Assembly: GCA_030390025.1 (NCBI GenBank)
Contig: JASTWF010000368.1
Location: 186,001 to 250,000 of the forward strand
Source of the DNA: Squalus acanthias
Taxonomy: Eukaryota
DNA length: 64,000 nt
Reading direction: 5' to 3'
Made by a program: the position numbers and the translations under genes. Under the pieces are notes generated by a model. It saw only the letters and a list, made by a program, of their open reading frames with translations, did not search any database and was not told where the DNA came from. Position 1 is the first letter of the stretch, and each line of letters starts with the position of its first letter. Positions 1 through 51,005 of this stretch are shown here, piece by piece.

Positions 1-446
1 ACTCTCCACCCCCGCAGAGGCCCTTCTCCAGGGCAGGCGTCCGATCTGTCAAGAGGATTCTTGACAGATCGGAAATGCCGGTTTTCAGCGCATGCACTTC
101 GCATGCCTGAAACCGACATTTCCGATGTCCCTACGGGTGTGTACACAGCGCATACACACCTGTAGGCATCGGAAAATACGGGCCAATAGAATTTTATATT
201 GAGTTTGAAAGTGATTTAGTTAAATCCGAAACTAGGGTCTTCAATCTAAACAAAGCAAACTACGTAGGTATGAGGGGCGAGTTGGCTAGGGTAGATTGGG
301 AAACTACATTCAAAGGTATGACGGTAGACAAACAAATGGCTAGCATTTAAAGAATTAAAACATAATTTACAACAAATATACATTCCTTTAAGGCACAAAA
401 CCCCACAGGAAAAGTGGTCCAACCGTGGCTAACAAGAGTAGTTAAA

Positions 447-983
447 CCGTTCAGTCCGTAAGGGGGACCCCGAGCTCCCGGTGGCCTGTCACTTTAATTC
501 TCCGCTCCACTCCCACTCTGACCTCGCCATCCTCGGCCTCTTGCATTGTTCCACGGAAGCACAGCGTAAGCTCGAGGAACAGCGCCTCATCTTTCATTTA
601 GGCACTTTACAGCCCTCTGGACTCAATATCGAGTTCAACAATTTTAGATCATAACCTCAGCCCCTATCACATTTATATTTTATTTTTTCATCCACCCTTT
701 TGTTTGGCTCCCCCCCCAACACTTCTTTTAGCCTCAACCTGTCACATTAACACCACCTCTTGCCTTGATCATCTCTTAATGTCTCTCAATGTCTCTTAAT
801 CTCTCCTTTTGTTCTTTCATCCCCTCCCCCTTTTCCCAGCTTTATCCTTGCTTTAAATCTATTTCATTTCCTGCTATTTCCAGTTCTGACGAAAGGTCTT
901 CGACCTGAAACGTTAACTCTGTTTCTCTCTCCACGGATGCTGCCTGGCCTGCTGAGTTTTTCCAGTGTTTTCTGTTGTTATTT
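447..983 (+). mobile_element. Penelope-like element 3' fragment (end of GIY-YIG domain plus tail)
   Basis: Near-identical to 17115-17683; 8-bp target duplication TAGTTAAA at 439-446 and 984-991. Confidence 0.85.
882..918 (+). ncRNA. Minimal type I hammerhead ribozyme motif in Penelope tail
   Basis: AGTT-CTGACGA-A-AGGTC ttc GACCT-GAAACGTT-AACT: both core boxes, stem II hairpin, palindromic stem III, stem I AGTT/AACT. Confidence 0.7.
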
Positions 984-1272
984 TAGTTAAAGATAGTATT
1001 AGATCAAAGGAAGAGGCTTATAATGTTGCCAAAAAGAGTAGTAAGCCTGAGGATTTTAGAATTCAGCAAAGGAGGACCAAGAAATTGATAAGGAAATAGA
1101 AAAAAGAATATGAGAGTAAATTAGCAAGAGACATAAAAAGAGATTGCAAACGTTTCTATAGATATGTAAATAGGAAGAGGTTAGTAAAGTAAACATGGGC
1201 CCATTAGAGGCAGAGACAGGAGAAATTATAATGGGCAATAAGGAAATGCCAGAGACATACAACAAATACTTT

Positions 1273-2029
1273 GGGCTGGATTTTCAATGACCCGTGGAGT
1301 CGGGTTTGGAGGCGTGTGGGGGGTTAAAGTTGCAGATTCGGGGGTCCCGACCCCATCCCGACTCCATCCTGTCTCCACGCAATTTTGACAAAATCAGTCG
1401 CAGGGTTCCCGACTCCGTCCCGCCTCCAAGAGGTGGGAGAGGCCATTAAAGCACTTAACAAGCCCTAAATTGGCTCTGTAATGCCATTTTGAAACGTTTT
1501 AGCTAGTTTAACCCTTTTCCGACGTGAAGTACGCCTGATGTGAAACACGCCAGTGAAACCTGGCGGGAGCACAAGTGGATAGCTGACTCTCAGCTGCAGG
1601 TCCACTATTACAACGGAGATGTGATGAAGGTAGTAGTAGTATTAGGTCTGAAAGTCGCCTCTGATGCTGCTGCATTGAATGTCTTCAGAGACTGTCTGAC
1701 CTTTGCTGTGAGAGGACCTGGATGGAAAAAAAATTCTCTCTCTCTGTCTCTGTCTCTCTCTCCTGCTGCTCATTTTGCATCCAGGTCCACTCACAGCAAA
1801 GGCCAGGCAGTCTCTGACCTGCAATGCAGCAGCAATGATGACATCATCAGAGGCGACTTTCAGACTGAAACCACTAATTGGTTCATGGGTTCCCACATGC
1901 TGGAACTCAATTGCCCAATTAAGTGAAAATTGCATCATTCAACCACATTAATCTGGAGTCGGGGGGTGGGGGGGAACACGAAATGCGGATGACACGACCC
2001 CAACCCGACCCCAAGACAAAATCCAGCCC
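1273..2029. mobile_element. Non-autonomous DNA transposon (MITE, PIF/Harbinger-like termini) with internal foldback 1645-1866
   Basis: TIRs GGGCTGGATTTT / AAAATCCAGCCC; the host CR1 sequence continues on both sides. Confidence 0.65.
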
Positions 2030-2418
2030 ATGGTATCTGTCTTCACGGTAGAAGACACAGAAAACATTCCGGAAATAATGGGGAACCAAGGGTCTAGTGA
2101 GAATAAGGAACTTAAAGAAATCAGTATAAATAAAGACATAATACTGGAGAAATTAATGGGACTTAAGTGGCAACAAATCCCCTGGACCTGACGACCTGCA
2201 TCCTAGGGTTTTAAAAGCGGTAGTTGCAGAGATAGTGGTTGCACTGGTATTAATCTTCCAGAATTCCAGAAATAGGGAGGGGGCGAGGCCCATGAAGGGG
2301 ATTTGAACACAAGGATGAGAATTCTAAAATGAAGGTGTTGCCGGACCGGGAGTCGATGAAAATGGGGGAATATGGTTTCACCCTGTAACCAGCGTCCTCT
2401 CTCTCACTCCTCGCCCAG

Positions 2419-2522
2419 GCCAGCTGATCGTCTCCAGCCTGCCCCTACAGATGTGCCTCTACTTCAACTTTTACTTCTATCCATTCTGGTGGGTGTGTGA
2501 AATCATCATGCTGCATCTGAAG
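2419..2522 (+). CDS. TMEM17: TMEM17-family (ciliary transition zone) internal exon, equivalent to exon 2
   Basis: cccag|GC CAG CTG ATC GTC TCC AGC CTG CCC CTA CAG ATG...CTG AAG|gtatgt; 104 nt, phase 1 to 0; QLIVSSLPLQMCLYFNFYFYPFWWVCEIIMLHLK matches the TMEM17 SSLPLQMxLYFN...WW...ML.K signature. Confidence 0.85.
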
Positions 2523-2601
2523 GTATGTTACAGGTAACTGTGCATCCCAAGAGAATCGCCGGACTCCAGTACTCCCAGAGATGTGGGACTGGGTGGGGCA
2601 G

Positions 2602-3408
2602 TGGGGAAATCAGCCTGGGTTCCTGCTCCTGATCCCTGTCCAGTAACCCCTGGGTTAGAGAGAGAGGGGAAATCAGCCAGGGTTCCTGCTCCTGATCCCT
2701 GTCCAGTGACCCCTGGGTTAGAGAGAGAGGGGAAATCAGCCAGGGTTCCTGCTCCTGATCCCTGTCCAGTGACCCCTGGGTTAGAGAGAGAGGGGAAATC
2801 AGCCAGGGTTCCTGCTCCTGATTACTGTCCAGTCACCCCTGGGTTAGAGAGAGGGGAAATCAGCCAGGGTTCCTGCTCCTGATCACTGTCCAGTGACCCC
2901 GGGGTTAGAGAGAGGGGAAATCAGCCAGGGTTCCTGCTCCTGATCACTGTCCAGTGACCCCGGGGTTAGAGAGAGGGGAAATCAGCCAGGGTTCCTGCTC
3001 CTGATCACTGTCCAGTGACCCCGGGGTTAGAGAGAGGGGAAATCAGCCAGGGTTCCTGCTCCTGATCACTGTCCAGTGACCCCGGGGTTAGAGAGAGGGG
3101 AAATCAGCCAGGGTTCCTGCTCCTGATCACTGTCCAGTGACCCCTGGGTTAGAGAGAGGGGAAATCAGCCAGGGTTCCTGCTCCTGATCACTGTCCAGTG
3201 ACTCCTGGGTTAGAGAGAGGGGAAATCAGCCAGGGTTCCTGCTCCTGATCACTGTCCAATCACCCCTGGGTTAGAGAGAGGGGAAATCAGCCAGGGTTCC
3301 TGCTCCTGATCACTGCCCAGTGACCCCTGGGTTAGAGAGAGAGGAAATCAGCCTGGGCTCCTGATCACTGACCAGTGACCCCTGGGTTAGAGAGAGGGGA
3401 ATCAGCCA
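2602..3408 (+). repeat. 61-bp minisatellite (GTTCCTGCTCCTGATCACTGTCCAGTGACCCCTGGGTTAGAGAGAGGGGAAATCAGCCAGG)
   Basis: About 13 tandem units. Confidence 0.95.
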
Positions 3409-4238
3409 GAATGGCAGCTAACATAAAAGGTAATACAAAAGTCTTCAATAGGCATGTAAATAGTAAACTGGTAGTAAGAGGAGGGGTGAGGCCAATTAGG
3501 GACCAAAAAGTATACCTATGCATGGAGGCAGAGGGTATGGCTGAGGTACTAAATGAGTACTTTGCATCTGTCTTCACCAAGGAAGAAGATGCTGCCATAG
3601 ACATAGTGAAGGAGGAGGTAGAGGAGATACTGGATGAGATCAAAATTGATAAAGAGGAGGTACTAGAAATGCTGGCTGTACTTAAAGTTGATAAATCACC
3701 AGGACCGGATGGGATACATCCTAGGATGCTGAGGGAGGTTAAGGAGGAAATTGTGGAGGTACTGGCCATAATCTTCCAATCCTCCTTAGATATACGGGTG
3801 GTGCCAGAGGACTGGAGAACTGCAAATGTTACACCCTTGTTCAAAAAATGGTGTAAGGATAAACCCAGCAACTACAGGCCAGTCAGTTTAACCTCGGTAG
3901 TGAGGAAGCTTTTAGAAACGATAATCTGAGAGAAAGTTAAGTCACTTGGACAAGTGTGGATTAATTAAAGAAAGCCAGCACGGATTTGTTAAAGGCAAAT
4001 TGTGTTTAACGAACTTGATCGAGTTTTTTTAATGAGGTAACAGAGAGGGTTGATGAGGGCAATGCGGTTGACGTGGTGTACATGGATTTGCAAAAGGCGT
4101 TCGACAAAGTACCACATAATAGGCTTGCAAGCAAAGTTGAAGCACAAGGAATAAAAGGGACAATGGTAGCATGGATACGGAATTGGCTAAGTGACAGGAA
4201 ACAGAGAGTAGTGGTGAACGGTTGTTAATCGGACTGGA
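3408..4238 (+). mobile_element. CR1 LINE reverse transcriptase fragment
   Basis: ORF 3375-3929 contains KSPGPDGIHPRMLRE, VPEDWRTANVTPLFKK and NYRPVSLTS; later frameshifts. Confidence 0.92.
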
Positions 4239-4973
4239 GTGAGGGGGGGTATTATCGGGGGGGGGTGTGGGGGGAATGCAGTGAGGGGGGTATTATCGGG
4301 GGGGAATGCAGTGAGGGGGGTATTATCGGGGGGGAATGCAGTGAGGGGGTATTATCGGGGGGGGAATGCAGTGAGGGGGGTATTATCGGGGGGGAATGCA
4401 GTGAGGGGGGTATTATCGGGGGGGAATGCAGTGAGGGGGGTATTATCGGGGGGGGAATGCAGTGAGGGGGGTATTATCGGGGGGGAATGCAGTGAGGGGG
4501 GTATTATCGGGGGGGGAATGCAGTGAGGGGGTATTATCGGGGGGGGAATGCAGTGAGGGGGGTATTATCGGGGGGGGAATGCAGTGAGGGGGGTATTATC
4601 GGGGGGGAATGCAGTGAGGGGGGTATTATCGGGGGGGGAATGCAGTGAGGGGGTATTATCGGGGGGGGAATGCAGTGAGGGGGGTATTATCGGGGGGGAA
4701 TGCAGTGAGGGGGGTATTATCGGGGGGGAATGCAGTGAGGGGGGTATTATCGGGGGGGGAATGCAGTGAGGGGGGTATTATCGGGGGGGGAATGCAGTGA
4801 GGGGGGTATTATCGGGGGGGGGAATGCAGTGAGGGGGGTATTATCGGGGGGGAATGCAGTGAGGGGGGTATTATCGGGGGGGGAATGCAGTGAGGGGGGT
4901 ATTATCGGGGGGGAATGCAGTGAGGGGGGTATTATCGGGGGGGGAATGCAGTGAGGGGGGTATTATCGGGGGG
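4239..4973 (+). repeat. About 30-bp G-rich minisatellite (GTGAGGGGGGTATTATCGGGGGGGAATGCA) running into the gap
   Basis: About 24 tandem units. Confidence 0.95.
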
Positions 4974-5173
4974 NNNNNNNNNNNNNNNNNNNNNNNNNNN
5001 NNNNNNNNNNNNNNNNNNNNNNNNNNNNNNNNNNNNNNNNNNNNNNNNNNNNNNNNNNNNNNNNNNNNNNNNNNNNNNNNNNNNNNNNNNNNNNNNNNNN
5101 NNNNNNNNNNNNNNNNNNNNNNNNNNNNNNNNNNNNNNNNNNNNNNNNNNNNNNNNNNNNNNNNNNNNNNNNN
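4974..5173. other. Assembly gap (200 N)
   Basis: Run of N with a different tandem repeat on each side. Confidence 1.
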
Positions 5174-5399
5174 GGGCTGGGTGAGTGTGATGTCGGGCTG
5201 GCTGAGTGTGATGTCGGGCTGGGTGGGTGTGATGTCGGGCTGGGTGAGTGTGATGTTGGACTTGTTTATCCACTATGAAACGACCACAGTTGCGGGAAGA
5301 GTAACGTTCCAAAACCGAGGGAGGCCGGCCAGCGAGTGATGCGACAGCGGATCCGCCCATTCACCGACTCTTACTCTGATTCCTAACGTTAGTGACGGC

Positions 5400-5570
5400 C
5401 GAACGTGCTTCCCGTCTGGGAGCAAAGTTCGCGGAACGATCTTTCCATCGGGGAGCACAGGTCGCGGAACGCTCTTCCCGTCGGGGAGCAAAGGTTGCGG
5501 AACGCTCTTCCCGTCGGGGAGCAAAGGTCGCAGAACGCTCTTCCCGTCCGGGAGCAAAGGTCGCGGAGTC
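5400..5570. repeat. 33-bp CpG-rich tandem repeat
   Basis: GGAACGCTCTTCCCGTCGGGGAGCAAAGGTCGC, about 5 copies. Confidence 0.85.
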
Positions 5571-5623
5571 CGCTGTCTGTCCAGGAGCAAAGTGGATATT
5601 ATGGGATGTTGTTGGGTGGATAT

Positions 5624-5798
5624 CCCTTTTGATCTTTCATCCCCTCCCCCCCTTTCCCAGACCCTGCACTTGCTTAAAAATCTGTTCCATTTCCTGCTTT
5701 TTTGACGAAAGGTCACCGACTGATGCTGCCTGACCTGCTGAGTATCTCCAGCATTTTGTTTTTATTTCAGATTGCCAGCATCTGCAGTATTTTGTTTT
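5624..5798 (+). mobile_element. Penelope-type tail remnant
   Basis: GATGCTGCCTGACCTGCTGAG tail motif; flanked by a 31-bp direct repeat. Confidence 0.65.
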
Positions 5799-5871
5799 TG
5801 GATATTATGGGATGTTGTTGGGTGGATATTTATGAGTTGGGATTATTTCGGCCCCGGGTTCCGGTTCTTAC

Positions 5872-6008
5872 CCGGCTCTTGCAGCTACTCGAGTCAGGCT
5901 CGGCACAGCTCCTGCAGCCGGGTGGGCCACTCCGTCACCTGGCAACGGGGGGCGGGGCCAGGATACGTCACCGCGCTCAATGCGTTGCTGCGTACATGCG
6001 CAGATGGA
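5872..6008 (-). promoter_or_regulatory. CpG-rich promoter and probable non-coding first exon of a leftward gene
   Basis: RFX X-box GTCACCTGGCAAC 5934-5946, GC box about 5949-5957, half-CRE ACGTCA 5965-5970, NRF1-like CATGCGCA 5995-6002; donor CGG|GTAAGA at 5872/5871 on minus strand. Confidence 0.55.
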
Positions 6009-6409
6009 GGGAGGGAGAAATGAAGTGATCGGAGACAGAGGGGGGGAGGGAAAGAAAGAGAGGGGGAGGGAGGGAAAGAAAGAGGGGGAGGGAAAGAAAG
6101 AAGGGGAGAGAGGGAGGAAGGGGGAGAGAGGGAGGGGGAGAGAGGAAGATTGGGAGGGGGGAGAGAGAGGGAGGAGAGAAGGGGGAGGGAGATTAGGAGG
6201 GGGTAGAGAAAGGAGGGGGGAGGGAGAGAGGGGGGTAGGGAGATAGAGAGGGGGGAGGGGAAGAGAGAGGGGGGAGGGGAGAGAGAGGGGGGAGGGGAGA
6301 GAGAGAGCGAGAGGGGGGGGGAGAGTGATAGGAGGGAGAGCGATTGGAGACAGAGCAGAAGATTTGCAATAAAACAATCAGCATTTCGAAAGCTTTGATT
6401 ATAATAATT

Positions 6410-6415
6410 TTTATT
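6410..6415 (-). terminator. Probable polyadenylation signal of the SERCA gene (implies a 3' region of about 3.3 kb)
   Basis: AATAAA on minus strand followed about 30 nt later by U/GU-rich TGATTGTTTTATTG; the first canonical hexamer I found downstream of the stop. Confidence 0.6.
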
Positions 6416-6981
6416 AAGTTTCCATTACTTTCCAGACATTTAAAAAAAAATCCCATCGGCAATCTTGAGTGCGTGTTTCTGTGGGAGGGGAATGGAAATC
6501 ACTTTAAATTAAGGTCATGCTGCTGTAAGGTACAGGAGCTCAGCCTGTCCCCGTCCTTGTGATAACTTCTGCCGCAAACACTTCTGCGTGGCAAGGCAGA
6601 TCGGGCATCAGCTCTTGAGCACGGTCGGTGGGTGGGTGGGGTGGCGATGGGGTAGGGAGGTCCCTGAATTACAACACGACCCAAGTATTCTAAAAATAAA
6701 AAGAAATATACACGGACATAATATATAAAGTTCTGCACATGGATCGTAACGAAGAACGGGGTGCATTTCAAAACATAAAACAGAAAGGGGAGGGGGGGCT
6801 AAAGACCGCAGTCAGGTCAGTCACTGGCTGCTCCGCACCGTTAGATACACCCATACAGTTAAATAATCTTTACACTCGCTGACCCTCTGCAGTGGCCAGA
6901 GGAAGGGTGGCTACACTGTACACAGGCCAGGGGCTCCGGCTCACTCAGCACAGGCCGGGGATGGAGCCTGGGCCTTTCCTG

Positions 6982-7016
<35 letters not shown>

Positions 7017-8342
7017 GCTCAGTCCCACGCCGGGCGGGGAATGAACGCGCTGGGACACCGGGAAGGGAGAGGAGGGGGTACAGTCGAGTTTAATCTGTTT
7101 AGTCAGCGGCCTTGCTTAATACAAAGGAGCTCACGCTTTGGTCCCGATCGGGAGTTGTTCCCCTGTACATTCATGTCTCAATTGGGAATGAAGAGAGGTT
7201 TTAGGAATGCGTCCATCTCTGTATAACCCTTGGTTTAAGGAAAGTCGATATACAGACATCTTAAGGAATGACCCCTGACCCCCCCACGTACCAATCCGGC
7301 CGCCAGCAGGGGTAACCCCCGCGTCTCGCCCACCCCCCCCCTCCACCGTCGCTGGTGGCGCGGAGCAGATACTGAAGCCGCTCAATCTACGTCGCAGGTC
7401 CCCAACTGACCGTATCTGCCTCGCTTGACCTTGCACCCTCCCACCAAAACTGGCTCGCTCTGCTGCAGAACGTTGCCAGTGTGTCCGGACTGCCCGAGAT
7501 TAATGACCCCACTTCTCCTGCTCCTCCCCCCCCCGCCACAGCCCCCGAATAAAACCAGAGAGGTTACGGCCAGACACTAGTGTCTCGTCACCCCTTTCAG
7601 GGCAAGGTCGAAGGTGAGCCGGGGTCGCTGTCTTGCTCTCTCCTGGAGCAGTAGCCTGAGTACCAGTGAACAAACCCCTCCCCCCGCCCCTACTCCCAAA
7701 CCACAATCAGGGAGGGGAGCCCCTCTGTCCGGGGCTGGCATTGACCCCCCCCCAGGTCCCAGAGGGTGAAAGGTCACAGTGCCCCCCCCACCCCCGAGAG
7801 AGAGAGCGCGCAGCCCTTCACCCACTCTGTCTGGGAGCTGGGATTTGAACTGGACCCCCATCCCGGTGCTGCAGATTGGAGATATCCGGGAGAGAATCCA
7901 CGTTGGAATGGGCTGGAAAATGAACCCAAATGGGATGGGGAAGGGGGAGGGGATGGATGGATGGGAGAGGGAAGGGGACGGGAAGTAAACATCCCAATAA
8001 ACAGGCGTGCAGCAAACAGGTATACATACATACACACACACACAAACAAAAATAATTTTAAAAATCATGCAGTCGAAACAGTGTTTTGTTGATTTTGACG
8101 TGCGTTGAGAGAACTCGACTAGTTCCTGGAATGGTTTAGTGTGAATTAACTGGAATAAATACTGTGGGACACTGGCCGAGCACCAGCGATGGGACAGGGC
8201 GGGACCGGGAGCCCTGTGCCAGTCAGGAGGAGGCCGCCCGGAGGAGAGAGGGCGGTTCGAGTGCATAGGGTTGGGGGAAAGAGAGAGTGAGCGAGAGAGA
8301 GGACAGCTCGCTGGTGCTCTCAGCTCAATGTACATCGTCAGT

Positions 8343-8885
8343 CCTGGAGCAAGAACCCTGGCTGATTTCCCCTCTCTCTCTAACCCAGGGGGTCACTGGG
8401 CAGTGATCAGGAGCAGGAACCCTGGCTGATTACCCCTCTCTCTAACCCCAGGGGTCACTGGACAGTGATCAGGAGCAGGAACCCTGGCTGATTTCCCCTC
8501 TCTCTAACCCCAGGGGTCACTGGGCAGTGATCAGGAGCAGGAACAGGAACCCTGGCTGATTTCCTCTCTCTCTAACCCAGGGGTCACTGGACAGTGATCA
8601 GGAGCAGGAACCCTGGCTGATTTCCCCTCTCTCTAACCCAGGGGGTCACTGGACAGTGATCAGGAGCAGGAACCCTGGCTGATTTCCCCTCTCTCTAACC
8701 CAGGGGTCACAGGACAGTGATCAGGAGCAGGAACCCTGGCTGATTTCCCCTCTCTCTAACCCAGGGGTCACTGGGCAATGATCAGGAGCAGGAACCCTGG
8801 CTGATTTCCCCTCTCTCTAACCCAGGGGTCACAGGACAGTGATCAGGAGCAGGAACCCTGGCTGATTTCCCCTCTCTCTCTCTAA
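8343..8885 (-). repeat. 61-bp minisatellite (same family as 2602-3408)
   Basis: About 9 units, reverse orientation. Confidence 0.95.
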
Positions 8886-9725
8886 TCTATTTTGGCCAGT
8901 TGAGGTTAAATAATTGCGAGGATGTTGTTCCTCAACATCTATCTCCCGCTTCCAAAGTTGAACGCCTCTTAAAAGGAGCCTTTTTAACTCATTTTTTGTT
9001 CCTCCTCTGGAGCTAGGATCAAGGAACTCAGCACAGCTGGGGAACCTACACGTTCCTGCTCTGTGTTTGTGTGGCTCTTTCACCCATCGAAGAGGAAGGG
9101 TGGGCGGGTGGGGGGCAGGAGAGGGAGGATGGATGGGTGGGGGGCAGGAGAGGATGGGTGGGTGGGGGGGGCAGGAGAGGATGGATGGGTGGGTGGGGGG
9201 CAGGGGAGGGGATGGATGGGGGGCAGGGGAGGGGATGTGTCCCCTTTGAGGGAGAGTTACCCGTCAATCCCACCTGGTCACAGCGATTGGCGGCCTGGCT
9301 GTGGTCGAGAGGCTCCGCGATGGCTTCAACCGCAAGGTGACTATGCTAACCCCTGGACTGTGCTAACCCCTGGTCCGACCTTTGACACCCTCCCCCCAAC
9401 CCCCCACACCCAGGTACCTAGTGAACCATTAACCCCAATGAGCTGCCTCTCTCTCTCACTCTCGCTCTCCCCTCGTCACTGAAACCAGTCTCTCACCGCA
9501 AATCGAGTGCGTGTGGCGTTTTAAAAATAAAAATCAGAGCTCCCGATTACAGGGCGTACACAGTCCACGAACTAAACGTGCAAACGCTCGCTCACACGCT
9601 GTGTGTGAGCGAGCGCCCCCTCCCCCTCTCTCTCTCTCTTGTTCTCGTCGCTTGTCCTGGTGGTCCTCGGTTTAACCCTCGCTCTCTTGCCCACCCTCCC
9701 TGCCTCCCCCTGCGTTCAGCGCCCA

Positions 9726-49387
<39,662 letters not shown>

Positions 49388-49519
49388 CTGGAACAAACAG
49401 ATGGAGCAGCCACATGGAAAAGAGAAGAGAAGAGACACTCATTAGAAACAGCATCACACAGCAATTAAACGCTGGATATGACCCAGTCATCCCGATCAAG
49501 CAAGACTGCTCTCCGACAC

Positions 49520-49865
49520 GTGCCAACACCACACACGCGCAACACACCACACACGCGCGACAACACACCACACACAAACACGCGCGCGCGCGCCAACACA
49601 TCACACGCACAGCAACACACCACACACGCGCAACACACCACACACGCGCGACAACACACCACACACAAACACGCGCGCGCACGCCAACACATCACACGCA
49701 CGGCAACACACCACACACGTGCCAACACACACACACACACCAACACACAACACACAGGCGCGCCAACACACAACACAGGCCACCACACACGAACACACCA
49801 CACAAGCGAACACACCACACACGAACACACCACGCACACACGCGAACACACCACACACACACGCG
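49520..49865. repeat. CA-rich compound microsatellite
   Basis: CAACACACCACACACGCG-type units. Confidence 0.9.
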
Positions 49866-50724
49866 CTCCCCTCCCCCTGCATGCACACACACTAGCTGAC
49901 CCTGACACAAGCACACACACTGCTCAATGCCAGCCCAAGTCACCGGGAGGCATTCACAGTCAGTGCCTTCAGAGGACATTAGGGAAAAAGGGAGAGAAAA
50001 TCAACAACACTGAACAACACAGTGCCAGTGTCCCCATGAAGCTGTTTGCGCCAATTAGCTTAACGCTCCGCAGGGAATTTAACACACAGCTCAGCACACG
50101 GAGCCACAGAGCCTTGGAATTTCACAACCAAGAAAGGTACAGGGGAAAGGTAGGCTCATGGCTGTAAACTCGTACAGGAGCACATGTCTACATTACCCTG
50201 ACAGTGTCCCCCCACTTTATACCCAGAGTCAGCATCAAGCGCTCCCAGGACAGGTCCAGCATGGGCCCCTCCGACAGTGCACGCTCCCCCAGTACTGCCC
50301 CTCCGACAGTGCAGCGCTCCATCAGTACTGCCCCTCCGACAGTGCAGCGCTCCATCAGTACTGGCACCGGGAGTGTTAGCCTAGATTTTATGCTCAAGTC
50401 TCTGGAGTGGGGCTTGGACCCACAAGCTTCTGACTCAGAGGCAAGCGTGCTGCCCACGGAGCTTAATACTCCCATTCATTCCCTCCTTTCACTGATCTGA
50501 ATTCGGAATTCAATGGCATCTCGACCCACACAGAATCAAGCCTCCTCTAATGCGATCCTCCGCCTTGTTGAGCTGAGTGATACCTGGCCCACACCGTCCT
50601 CCCATTACCACTCACTGAGTCAAGCTGCACTGCCAATCACAGACACAGATCCTGCACCATCCCATCAGACTCCCCCACATTGCTGGCAAAACAAAACACT
50701 CTTTCGTGGAACTAGCAGGTTTTC

Positions 50725-51005
50725 TTTAACAACAGCAGCATCTTTAAACGTAGTAAAACGTCCCAAGGAGCTTCACAGGAGCATCAACAAACAAAATTTG
50801 ACACCGAGCCACATAAGGAGATATTAGGACAGGTGACCAAAAGCTCAGTGACAGAGGTGGGTTTTAAGGAGCGTCGTAAAGGAGGAGAGGGAGAGGTTTA
50901 GGGAGCGAATTCCAGAGCTTAGTGCATGGCCGCCAATGGAGGAGCGATGGAACTCGGGGGATGCGCAAGAGGCCAGAATTAGATGAGCGCAGAGTGTTGT
51001 TTGGG
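50725..51005 (-). mobile_element. L2 LINE 3' tail leading into the large satellite
   Basis: Homologous to 22610-22915. Confidence 0.85.

Larger units (their letters stand above)
186..2268 (+). mobile_element. Degenerate CR1 LINE ORF2 fragment interrupted by two nested insertions
   Basis: CR1-type coding remnants (PWLT, KSPGPD-LHPRVLK-like) resume across inserts at 447-983 and 1273-2029. Confidence 0.8.

Noticed and set aside
4932..5360. Minus-strand ORF MGGSAVAS... as TMEM17 exon 1 or a new gene
   Set aside because: No recognisable similarity; runs into a 21-bp repeat and the N gap
49388..51003. Search for SERCA exon 1 (MENAH-like start)
   Set aside because: No matching coding sequence seen; it presumably lies beyond the window
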